The position numbers and the translations under genes were made by a program. From a virus (taxonomy: Duplodnaviria; Heunggongvirae; Uroviricota; Caudoviricetes), in the IMG/VR virus record IMGVR_UViG_2619619133_000007: a DNA stretch of 24,989 nt; one strand, given 5' to 3'. How positions within the stretch are numbered: position 1 is the first letter of the stretch; the number at the start of each line of letters is the position of its first letter. The notes below the pieces were generated by a model that ran no database searches, was not told the origin of the DNA, and saw only the letters and a program-made list of their open reading frames with translations. This document shows, piece by piece, positions 8,639-20,796 of this stretch.

Positions 8639-9178
8639 ATGCAACCACTTACATACCAACAGACTAGCGGATTTAGCCCGACTGCGGTGATAAATCGTTC
8701 TCAAACAAAACAGGTGCCAGGCCACGAAAAAATCCGTGATGCCGTCCGCGCCTGGTCGGCTGTAGATAATCAGGATGTCGTTGCCACACTCATTGTGAAT
8801 GAGTATCGGGAGCAGGGCGGCGGCACCATCGATTTCCCTGATGATGTCAGCCGTGCACGCCAGAAGCTGTTCCGCTTCCTCGATAACAAATTCGATTCTG
8901 AAAAATACCGAAATAACGTGCGTGAACTGACCCCGGCAATTCTGGCGGTACTACCGCTGGAATATCGCGGTTACCTGGTTGAGCAGGATAGCTTCATGGC
9001 TAGGTTGGCTGAAATGGAAAAGGAACTCAGTGAGGCAAAACAGGCTGTCATTCTCAACGCACCACGCCACCAGAAACTGAAGGAAATTAGTGAAGGTATT
9101 GTGTCGATGTTTCGTGTGGACCCAGATCTGGCTGGTCCATTGATGGCGATGGTTACTACCATGCTGGGGGCGATATGA
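8639..9178 (+). CDS. YdaT-family protein (proposed CII functional analogue in Rac-type immunity regions), putative
   Basis: 179-aa ORF directly after cro-like gene with strong RBS (AAGGAG); segments EYREQGGG and TPAILAVLP resemble what I recall of E. coli YdaT; family assignment from memory only. Confidence 0.45.
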   Translation: MQPLTYQQTSGFSPTAVINRSQTKQVPGHEKIRDAVRAWSAVDNQDVVATLIVNEYREQGGGTIDFPDDVSRARQKLFRFLDNKFDSEKYRNNVRELTPAILAVLPLEYRGYLVEQDSFMARLAEMEKELSEAKQAVILNAPRHQKLKEISEGIVSMFRVDPDLAGPLMAMVTTMLGAI

Positions 9179-9264
9179 CAGGTTCAGAAATGGCGAAAGC
9201 CGGTCTGCTGGAACAGAACCGACTTTCAGGTGCAAATCGTAACACACTCATTGCGGGAGGAATT

Positions 9265-10194
9265 ATGGCAAACACTGCTGAGATATTCAATTTTCCAGTG
9301 CCGGATGCGGCACAAAAGGAGCCGCGCGTGGCAGATCTCGATGATGGTTATACGCGCATTGCAAATGAGTTGCTGGAAGCTGTGATGCTGACCGGATTAA
9401 CACAGCACCAGCTTCTGGTCTTTCTGGCTGTCATGCGCAAAACATATGGCTTTAATAAAAGACTGGATTGGGTGAGCAACGAGCAACTTTCCGAATTGAC
9501 CGGGATATTGCCGCACAAGTGTTCTGCTGCAAAAAGCGTTCTGGTAAAGCGTGGGATTCTTATTCAGAGCGGGCGGAATATCGGCATTAATAATGTGGTC
9601 AGTGAATGGTCAACATTACCCGAATCAGGTAAGAAAAATAAAGTTTACCTGAAAGAGGTAAATTTACCTGAATCAGGTAAGAAAAGTTTACCCAAATCAG
9701 GTAAAGGCGTTTACCCGAATCAGGTAAACACAAAAGACAAACTAACAAAAGACAATATAAAACCTTTTTCGTCCGAGAATTCTGGCGAATCCTCTGACCA
9801 GCCAGAAAACGATCTTCCTGTGGTGAAACCGGATGCTGCAATTCAGAGCGGCAGCAAGTGGGGGACAGCAGAAGACCTGACCGCCGCAGAGTGGATGTTT
9901 GACATGGTGAAGACTATCGCACCATCAGCCAGAAAACCGAATTTTGCTGGGTGGGCTAACGATATCCGCCTGATGCGTGAACGTGACGGACGTAACCACC
10001 GCGACATGTGCGTGCTGTTCCGCTGGGCATGCCAGGACAACTTCTGGTCCGGTAACGTGCTGAGCCCGGCCAAACTCCGCGATAAGTGGACCCAACTCGA
10101 AATCAACCGTAACAAGCAACAGGCAGGCGTGATAGCCAGCAAACCAAAACTCGACCTGACGAACACTGACTGGATTTACGGGGTGGAGCTATGA
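9265..10194 (+). CDS. O: Replication initiator O (lambda O-like; divergent N-terminal DNA-binding domain, lambda-identical C-terminal domain)
   Basis: Start at ATG 9265 with GGGAGG RBS; C-terminal ~110 aa match lambda O (SGSKWGTAEDLTAAEWMFDMVKTIAPSARKPNFAGWANDIRLMRERDG...); contains ori iterons. Confidence 0.9.
   Translation: MANTAEIFNFPVPDAAQKEPRVADLDDGYTRIANELLEAVMLTGLTQHQLLVFLAVMRKTYGFNKRLDWVSNEQLSELTGILPHKCSAAKSVLVKRGILIQSGRNIGINNVVSEWSTLPESGKKNKVYLKEVNLPESGKKSLPKSGKGVYPNQVNTKDKLTKDNIKPFSSENSGESSDQPENDLPVVKPDAAIQSGSKWGTAEDLTAAEWMFDMVKTIAPSARKPNFAGWANDIRLMRERDGRNHRDMCVLFRWACQDNFWSGNVLSPAKLRDKWTQLEINRNKQQAGVIASKPKLDLTNTDWIYGVEL
9616..9728. repeat. Origin iterons inside O: five ~19-bp repeats TTTACC(C/T)(G/A)A(A/T)(T/A)(C/G)AGGTAA(A/G), followed by an AT-rich stretch (9729-9770)
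   Basis: Repeats read directly at 9616-9633, 9644-9662, 9663-9681, 9688-9706, 9710-9728; each is an internal inverted repeat; arrangement is analogous to lambda ori but the sequence differs. Confidence 0.85.
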
Positions 10195-10300
10195 AAAACA
10201 TCGCCGCACAGATGGTTAACTTTGACCGTGAGCAGATGCGTCGGATCGCCAACAACATGCCGGAACAGTACGACGAAAAGCCGCAGGTACAACAGGTACA
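10191..10300 (+). pseudogene. P: Truncated replication gene P (first ~36 codons only)
   Basis: [36 protein letters not shown] matches lambda P N-terminus, start overlaps O stop (ATGA); similarity ends near 10298 and the reading frame terminates shortly after. Confidence 0.85.
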
Positions 10301-10630
10301 GGAAAAGACATCATGCTCGGTAAAACGTATACCAAAGCAGAATGCAAAGCACTCTTGAATAAAGACCTTGCCACTGTCGCCAGACAAATTAACCCGTACA
10401 TCAAAGTCGATATACCGGAAACAACGCGCGGCGCTCTTTACTCATTCGTTTACAACGTGGGTGCTGGCAATTTCAGAACATCGACGCTTCTTCGCAAAAT
10501 AAACCAGGGCGATATCAAAGGCGCATGTGATCAGCTACGTCGCTGGACATATGCTGGCGGTAAGCAATGGAAAGGTCTCATGACTCGTCGTGAGATTGAG
10601 CGTGAAATCTGTTTGTGGGGTCAGCAATGA
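10301..10630 (+). pseudogene. N-terminally truncated phage lysozyme (T4-lysozyme-type endolysin, RrrD-like), C-terminal ~105 aa only
   Basis: ORF 10313..10630 matches the C-terminal part of DLP12-type lysozyme as I remember it; the catalytic N-terminal region is absent because of the P/R deletion junction. Confidence 0.75.
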
Positions 10631-11088
10631 ACAGAGTAACCGCGATTATCTCCGCTCTGGTTATCTGCATCATCGTCTGCCTGTCATGGGCTGTTAATCA
10701 TTACCGTGATAACGCCATTACCTACAAAGCCCAGCGCGACAAAAATGCCAGAGAACTGAAGCTGGCGAACGCGGCAATTACTGACATGCAGATGCGTCAG
10801 CGTGATGTTGCTGCGCTCGATGCAAAATACACGAAGGAGTTAGCTGATGCGAAAGCTGAAAATGATGCTCTGCGTGATGATGTTGCCGCTGGTCGTCGTC
10901 GGTTGCACATCAAAGCAGTCTGTCAGTCAGTGCGTGAAGCCACCACCGCCTCCGGCGTGGATAATGCAGCCTCCCCCCGACTGGCAGACACCGCTGAACG
11001 GGATTATTTCACCCTCAGAGAGAGGCTGATCACTATGCAAAAACAACTGGAAGGAACCCAGAAGTATATTAATGAGCAGTGCAGATAG
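10627..11088 (+). CDS. Rz: Rz inner-membrane spanin (i-spanin)
   Basis: 153-aa ORF from ATG 10627 (overlapping lysozyme stop), N-terminal TM helix, coiled-coil body; matches lambda/DLP12 Rz. Confidence 0.9.
   Translation: MNRVTAIISALVICIIVCLSWAVNHYRDNAITYKAQRDKNARELKLANAAITDMQMRQRDVAALDAKYTKELADAKAENDALRDDVAAGRRRLHIKAVCQSVREATTASGVDNAASPRLADTAERDYFTLRERLITMQKQLEGTQKYINEQCR
10847..11029 (+). CDS. Rz1: Rz1 outer-membrane lipoprotein spanin (o-spanin), embedded in +1 frame of Rz
   Basis: 60-aa ORF with lipobox LVVVGC and proline-rich region, fully nested within Rz. Confidence 0.9.
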   Translation: MRKLKMMLCVMMLPLVVVGCTSKQSVSQCVKPPPPPAWIMQPPPDWQTPLNGIISPSERG

Positions 11089-11119
11089 AGCTGCCCATAT
11101 CGATGGGCAACTCATGCAA

Positions 11120-11413
11120 TTATTGTGAGCAATACACACGCGCTTCCAGCGGAGTATAAATGCCTAAAGTAATAAAACCGAGAAATCCATTTACGAATGT
11201 TTGCTGGGTTTCTGTTTTAACAACATTTTCTGCGCCGCCACAAATTTGGGCTGCATCAACAGTTTTCTCCTGTCCAATTCCCGAAACGAAGAAATGATGG
11301 GTGATGGTTTCCTTTGGTGTTACTGCTGTCGGTTTGTTTCCAACAGTAAACGTCTGTTGAGCACATCCTGTAATAAGCATTGCCAGAGCGGCAGAAAACA
11401 ACATTTTTTTCAT
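11120..11413 (-). CDS. bor: Bor lipoprotein (serum-resistance-associated lysogenic conversion gene)
   Basis: Start at internal Met MKKMLFSAALAMLITGC (lipobox); 97 aa matching lambda Bor. Confidence 0.9.
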   Translation of the reverse strand: MKKMLFSAALAMLITGCAQQTFTVGNKPTAVTPKETITHHFFVSGIGQEKTVDAAQICGGAENVVKTETQQTFVNGFLGFITLGIYTPLEARVYCSQ

Positions 11414-11774
11414 CTTATTATCCTGCATTGTTAAAAACGGCAGAATCCTATGTGACAACAATTAAACGATAGTTAAATGGATTGATGAAAATTAAAACTA
11501 TATAGGTGGATGCTCAGCCTATTGGAGGAGGGGGGGGCACTCAGAATCCTGTGGAATGAAATAAACCGCTCTTTCTGTCCATTACCCTTTTAGCTGCGCT
11601 GTATCGTCGCCGTATTCCCGCATTAACCATGACCGTAGCCCGACGGGGAATTCCTTCTGCGTGAGTGTGCGGGAATAATCAAAAACGATGCACACCGGGT
11701 TTTACTGTGCTGACAGACGCAGGGTTACCCTCATAGTCGCTTTTCCGGTGCGATGGTGGAAGAAACCGGGATGT

Positions 11775-11969
11775 TTATTCATCATCACTCTGGATTGATG
11801 TATATGCTCTCTTTTCTGACGTTAGTCTCCGACGGCAGGCTTCAATGACCCAGGCTGAGAAATTCCCGGACCCTTTTTGCTCAAGAGCGATGTTAATTTG
11901 TTCAATCATTTGGTTAGGAAAGCGGATGTTGCGGGTTGTTGTTCTGCGGGTTCTGTTCTTCGTTGACAT
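11775..11969 (-). CDS. Small putative ribbon-helix-helix DNA-binding protein (YlcI/DUF3950-like)
   Basis: 64-aa ORF MSTKNRTRRTTTRNIRFPNQMIEQINIALEQKGSGNFSAWVIEACRRRL; family from memory. Confidence 0.55.
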   Translation of the reverse strand: MSTKNRTRRTTTRNIRFPNQMIEQINIALEQKGSGNFSAWVIEACRRRLTSEKRAYTSIQSDDE

Positions 11970-12168
11970 GAGGTTGTCCCGTATTCAGTGTCGCTGATTT
12001 GTATTGTCTGAAGTTGTTTTTACGTTAAGTTGATGCAGATCAATTAATATGATACCTGCGTCATAATTGATTATTTGACGTGGTTTGATGGCGTAGATGC
12101 ACGTTGTGACATGCAGATGATAATTATTATCATTTTGCGGGTCCTTTCCGGCGATCCGACAGGTTACG

Positions 12169-12180
12169 GGGCGGCGACCT
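12169..12180. other. cos: cosN cohesive-end sequence GGGCGGCGACCT (whole cos region about 12100-12360, cosQ upstream, cosB downstream)
   Basis: Sequence identical to the lambda genome termini: ...GGTTACG / GGGCGGCGACCTCGCGGGTTTTCGCTATTTATGAAAATTTTCCGG... Confidence 0.9.
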
Positions 12181-12357
12181 CGCGGGTTTTCGCTATTTAT
12201 GAAAATTTTCCGGTTTAAGGCATTTCCGTTCTTCTTCGTCGTAACTTAATGTTTTTATTTAAAATACCCCCTGAAAAGAAAGGAAACGACAGGTGCTGAA
12301 AACGAGCTTTTGGGCCTCTGTCGTTTCCTTTCTCTGTTTTTGGCCGTGGAATGAACA

Positions 12358-12877
12358 ATGGAAGTCAACAAAAAGCAGCTGGCTGACATTTTCGGTGCGA
12401 GTATCCGTACCATTCAGAACTGGCAGGAACAGGGAATGCCCGTTCTGCGAGGCGGTGGCAAGGGTAATGAGGTGCTTTATGATTCTGCCGCCGTCATAAG
12501 ATGGTATGCCGAAAGGGATGCTGAAATTGAGAACGAAAAGCTGCGCCGGGAAGTTGAAGAACTGCGGCAGGCCAGCGAGACAGATCTCCAGCCAGGGACT
12601 ATTGAGTACGAACGCCATCGACTTACGCGTGCGCAGGCCGACGCACAGGAGCTGAAAAATGCCAGAGACTCCGCTGAAGTGGTGGAAACCGCATTCTGTA
12701 CTTTCGTGCTGTCGCGGATCGCAGGTGAAATTGCCAGTATTCTCGACGGGATCCCCCTGTCGGTGCAGCGGCGTTTTCCGGAACTGGAAAACCGACATGT
12801 TGATTTCCTGAAACGGGATATCATCAAAGCCATGAACAAAGCAGCCGCGCTGGATGAACTGATACCGGGGTTGCTGA

Positions 12878-12903
<26 letters not shown>
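12358..12903 (+). CDS. nu1: Terminase small subunit Nu1
   Basis: 181-aa ORF matching lambda Nu1. Confidence 0.95.
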
Positions 12904-16584
<3,681 letters not shown>

Positions 16585-16604
<20 letters not shown>

Positions 16605-17904
16605 TCTCCCGCATATTGCCAGCATGGCCTTTAATGAGCCGCTGATGCTTGAACCCGCCTATGCGCGGGTTTTCTTTTGTGCGCTTGCAGGCCAGCTTGG
16701 GATCAGCCGCCTGACAGATGCGGTGTCCGGTGACAGCCTGACTGCCCCGGAGGCACCCGCGACGCTGGCGTTATCCGGTGATGATGACGGACCACGACAG
16801 GCCCGCAGTTATCAGGTCATGAACGGCATCGCCGTGCTGCCGGTGTCCGGCACGCTGGTCAGCCGGACGCGAGCGCTGCAGCCGTATTCGGGGATGACCG
16901 GTTACAACGGCATTATCGCCCGTCTGCAACAGGCTGCCAGCGACCCGATGGTGGACGGCATTCTGCTCGATATGGATACGCCAGGCGGGATGGTGGCAGG
17001 GGCATTTGACTGCGCTGACATCATCGCCCGTGTGCGTGACATAAAGCCGGTATGGGCGCTGGCCAATGACATGAACTGCAGTGCAGGGCAGCTGCTTGCC
17101 AGCGCCGCCTCCCGGCGTCTGGTCACGCAGACCGCCCGGACAGGCTCCATCGGCGTCATGATGGCTCACAGTAATTACGGTGCTGCGCTGGAGAAACAGG
17201 GCGTGGAAATCACGCTGATTTACAGCGGCAGCCATAAGGTGGATGGCAACCCCTACAGCCATCTTCCGGATGACGTCCGGGAGACACTGCAGTCCCGGAT
17301 GGATGCAACCCGCCAGATGTTTGCGCAGAAGGTGTCGGCATATACCGGCCTGTCCGTGCAGGCTGTGCTGGATACCGAGGCTGCAGTGTACAGCGGTCAG
17401 GAGGCCATTGATGCCGGACTGGCTGATGAACTTGTCAACAGCACCGATGCGATCACCGTTATGCGTGATGCACTGGATGCACGTAAATCCCGTCTCTCAG
17501 GAGGGCGAATGACCAAAGAGACTCAATCAACAACTGTTTCAGCCACTGCTTCGCAGGCTGACGTTACTGGCGTGGTGCAAGCGACGGAGGGCGAGAACGC
17601 CAGCGCGGCGCAGCCGGACGTGAACGCGCAGATCACCGCAGCGGTTGCGGCAGAAAACAGTCGCATTATGGGGATCCTCAACTGTGAGGAGGCTCACGGA
17701 CGCGAAGAACAGGCTCGCGTGCTGGCCGAAACCCCCGGTATGACCGTGGAAACGGCCCGCCGCATTCTGGCCGCAGCACCACAGAGTGCACAGGCGCGCA
17801 GTGACACTGCGCTGGATCGTCTGATGCAGGGGGCACCGGCACCGCTGGCTGCAGGTAACCCGGCATCTGATGCCGTTAACGATTTGCTGAACACACCAGT
17901 GTAA
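16585..17904 (+). CDS. C: Head maturation protease/scaffold C (GTG start overlapping end of B)
   Basis: 439-aa product from GTG at 16585 matches lambda gpC (MTAELRNLPHIASMAFNEPLMLEPAYARVFF...); the ORF track extends it upstream artefactually. Confidence 0.9.
17299..17904 (+). CDS. nu3: Scaffolding protein Nu3 (in-frame internal start within C)
   Basis: In-frame ATG at 17299 giving the C-terminal 201 codons of C, as in lambda Nu3; start position inferred by analogy. Confidence 0.6.
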   Translation: MDATRQMFAQKVSAYTGLSVQAVLDTEAAVYSGQEAIDAGLADELVNSTDAITVMRDALDARKSRLSGGRMTKETQSTTVSATASQADVTGVVQATEGENASAAQPDVNAQITAAVAAENSRIMGILNCEEAHGREEQARVLAETPGMTVETARRILAAAPQSAQARSDTALDRLMQGAPAPLAAGNPASDAVNDLLNTPV

Positions 17905-17913
17905 GGGATGTTT

Positions 17914-18246
17914 ATGACGAGCAAAGAAACCTTTACCCATTACCAGCCGCTGGGCAACAGTGACCCGGCTCATACCGCAACCGCGCCCGGCGGATTGAGT
18001 AAGAAAACGCCAGCAATGACTCCGTTGATGCCGGATACCTCCACCCGTAAGCTGGTTGCGTGGGATGGCACCACCGACGGTGCTGCCGTTGGCATTCTTG
18101 CTGTTGCTGCTGACCAGACCAGCACCACGCTGACGTTCTACAAGTCCGGCACGTTCCGTTATGAGGATGTGCTCTGGCCGGAGGCTGCCAGCGACGAGGC
18201 GAAAAAACGGACCGCGTTTGCCGGAACGGCAATCAGCATCGTTTAA
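17914..18246 (+). CDS. D: Head decoration protein D
   Basis: 110-aa product from ATG 17914 matches lambda gpD. Confidence 0.95.
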   Translation: MTSKETFTHYQPLGNSDPAHTATAPGGLSKKTPAMTPLMPDTSTRKLVAWDGTTDGAAVGILAVAADQTSTTLTFYKSGTFRYEDVLWPEAASDEAKKRTAFAGTAISIV

Positions 18247-18301
18247 CCTGACCCTTCATCACTAAAGGCCGCCTGTGCGGCTTTTTTTACGGGATTTTTT
18301 T

Positions 18302-19327
18302 ATGTCGATGTACACAACCGCCCAGCTGCTGGCGGCAAATGAGCAGAAATTTAAGTTTGATCCGCTGTTTCTGCGTCTCTTTTTCCGTGAGAGCTATCCC
18401 TTCACTACGGAGAAAGTCTATCTCTCACAAATTCCGGGACTGGTAAACATGGCGCTGTACGTTTCGCCGATTGTTTCCGGTGAGGTTATCCGTTCCCGTG
18501 GCGGCTCCACCTCTGAATTTACGCCGGGATATGTCAAACCCAAGCATGAGGTGAATCCGCAGATGACCCTGCGTCGCCTGCCGGATGAAGATCCACAGAA
18601 TCTGGCGGACCCGGCTTACCGCCGCCGTCGCATCATCATGCAGAACATGCGAGACGAAGAGCTGGCCATTGCTCAGGTCGAAGAGATGCAGGCAGTTTCT
18701 GCCGTGCTCAAGGGCAAATACACCATGACCGGTGAAGCCTTCGATCCGGTTGAGGTGGATATGGGCCGCAGTGAAGCGAATAACATCACACAGTCTGGCG
18801 TCACGGAGTGGAGCAAGCGTGACAAGTCCACGTATGACCCGACCGACGATATCGAAGCCTACGCGCTGAACGCCAGCGGCGTGGTGAATATCATCGTGTT
18901 TGACCCGAAAGGCTGGGCGCTGTTCCGTTCCTTCAAAGCCGTCAGGGAGAAGCTGGATACCCGTCGCGGCTCTCATTCCGAACTGGAGACAGCGGTAAAA
19001 GACCTGGGCAAAGCGGTGTCTTATAAGGGAATGTATGGCGATGTGGCCATCGTCGTGTATTCCGGACAGTACGTGGAAAACGGCGTCAAAAAGAACTTCC
19101 TGCCGGACAACACGATGGTGCTGGGTAACACTCATGCACGCGGTCTGCGCACCTATGGCTGTATTCAGGATGCGGATGCATTGAGTGAGGGTATTAATGC
19201 GTCTCCCCGTTATCCGAAAAACTGGAAGACATCCGGCGATCCGGCGCGAGAGTTCACCATGATTCAGTCAGCACCGCTGATGCTGCTGGCTGATCCTGAT
19301 GAGTTCGTGTCCGTTCAACTGGCGTAA
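18302..19327 (+). CDS. E: Major capsid protein E
   Basis: 341-aa product from ATG 18302 matches lambda gpE. Confidence 0.95.
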   Translation: MSMYTTAQLLAANEQKFKFDPLFLRLFFRESYPFTTEKVYLSQIPGLVNMALYVSPIVSGEVIRSRGGSTSEFTPGYVKPKHEVNPQMTLRRLPDEDPQNLADPAYRRRRIIMQNMRDEELAIAQVEEMQAVSAVLKGKYTMTGEAFDPVEVDMGRSEANNITQSGVTEWSKRDKSTYDPTDDIEAYALNASGVVNIIVFDPKGWALFRSFKAVREKLDTRRGSHSELETAVKDLGKAVSYKGMYGDVAIVVYSGQYVENGVKKNFLPDNTMVLGNTHARGLRTYGCIQDADALSEGINASPRYPKNWKTSGDPAREFTMIQSAPLMLLADPDEFVSVQLA

Positions 19328-19368
19328 TCATGGCCCTTCGGGGCCATTTTCTCTCTGTGGAGGAATCC

Positions 19369-19764
19369 ATGACGAAAGATGAACTGATTGCCCGTCTCCG
19401 GTCGCTGGGTGAGCAACTGAACCGTGATGTCAGCCTGACGGGGACGAAAGAAGAACTGGCGCTCCGTGTGGCAGAGCTGGAAGAGGAGCTTGATGACACG
19501 GATGACGCAGCCGGTCTGGACACGTCTGTCAGCCCGGAAAATGCGCTGACCGGACATGAAAATGAGGTGGTATCAGCGCAGACGGATACCGTGACTGATA
19601 CGGCTGCTCTGGTCACGGTTGTGGCACTGGTGACGCTGCATACTGATGCACTTCACGCCACGCGGGATGAGGCTGTGGCATTTGTGCTGCCGGGAACGGC
19701 GTTCCGTGTCTCTGCCGGTGTGGCAACTGAAATGACAGCGCGCGGCCTGGCCAGAATGCAATAA
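19369..19764 (+). CDS. FI: Head completion/DNA packaging protein FI
   Basis: 131-aa product from ATG 19369 with GGAGG RBS; lambda gpFI-like with a divergent central segment. Confidence 0.85.
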   Translation: MTKDELIARLRSLGEQLNRDVSLTGTKEELALRVAELEEELDDTDDAAGLDTSVSPENALTGHENEVVSAQTDTVTDTAALVTVVALVTLHTDALHATRDEAVAFVLPGTAFRVSAGVATEMTARGLARMQ

Positions 19765-19775
19765 CGGGAGGCGCT

Positions 19776-20129
19776 GTGGCTGATTTCGATAACCTGTTCG
19801 ATGCTGCCATTGTCCGCGCCGATGAAACGATACGCGGGTACATGGGAACGTCAGCCACCATGACATCCGGTGAGCAGTCCGGCGCAGTAATACGTGGTGT
19901 TTTTGATGACCCTGAAAATATCAGCTATGCCGGACAGGGCGTGCGCGTTGAAGGCTCCAGCCCGTCCCTGTTTGTCCGGACTGATGATGTGCGGCAGCTG
20001 CGGCGTGGAGACACGCTGACCATCGGTGAGGAAAACTTCTGGATAGACCGGGTTTCGCCGGATGATGGTGGAAGCTGTCATCTCTGGCTTGGGCGGGGCG
20101 TACCGCCTGCCGTTAACCGTCGCCGCTGA
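19776..20129 (+). CDS. FII: Head-tail connector protein FII (GTG start)
   Basis: 117-aa ORF matching lambda gpFII. Confidence 0.9.
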   Translation: MADFDNLFDAAIVRADETIRGYMGTSATMTSGEQSGAVIRGVFDDPENISYAGQGVRVEGSSPSLFVRTDDVRQLRRGDTLTIGEENFWIDRVSPDDGGSCHLWLGRGVPPAVNRRR

Positions 20130-20140
20130 AAGGGGGATGT

Positions 20141-20680
20141 ATGGCCATAAAAGGTCTTGAGCAGGCCATTGAAAACCTCAGCCGTATCAGCAAAACGGCG
20201 GTGCCTGGTGCCGCCGCAATGGCCATTAACCGCGTTGCTTCATCCGCGATATCGCAGTCGGCGTCACAGGTTGCCCGTGAGACAAAGGTACGCCGGAAAC
20301 TGGTAAAGGAAAGGGCCAGGCTGAAAAGGGCCACGGTCAAAAATCCGCAGGCCAGAATCAAAGTTAACCGGGGGGATTTGCCCGTAATCAAGCTGGGTAA
20401 TGCGCGGGTTGTCCTGTCCCGCCGCAGGCGTCGTAAAAAGGGGCAGCGTTCATCCCTGAAAGGTGGCGGCAGCGTGCTTGTGGTGGGTAACCGTCGTATT
20501 CCCGGCGCGTTTATTCAGCAACTGAAAAATGGCCGGTGGCATGTCATGCAGCGTGTGGCCGGGAAAAACCGTTACCCCATTGATGTGGTGAAAATCCCGA
20601 TGGCGGTGCCGCTGACCACGGCGTTTAAACAGAATATTGAACGGATACGGCGTGAACGTCTTCCGAAAGAGCTGGGCTAA
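20141..20680 (+). pseudogene. Z: Tail gene Z, C-terminally truncated (179 aa versus ~192) at a deletion junction
   Basis: Matches lambda gpZ up to ...RERLPKELG, then a stop; downstream sequence is J-derived. Confidence 0.75.
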
Positions 20681-20796
20681 CCGAATCTCATCTCGGCAAG
20701 GAGCTGCTGGAAAAAGTCGATCTGACGGAGGATAACGCCAGCAGACTGGATGAGTTTTCGAAAGAGTGGAAGGACGCTAACGATAAATGGAATGCC

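Noticed and set aside
10313-10630. Treating the 105-aa lysozyme-like ORF as a functional endolysin
   Set aside because: It corresponds only to the C-terminal part of a T4-type lysozyme and the N-terminal catalytic region is missing at the deletion junction, so it is called a pseudogene fragment
16771-17262. 163-aa minus-strand ORF inside C/Nu3
   Set aside because: Antisense to C; no independent support
18425-19135. 236-aa minus-strand ORF inside major capsid gene E
   Set aside because: Antisense to E; no independent support
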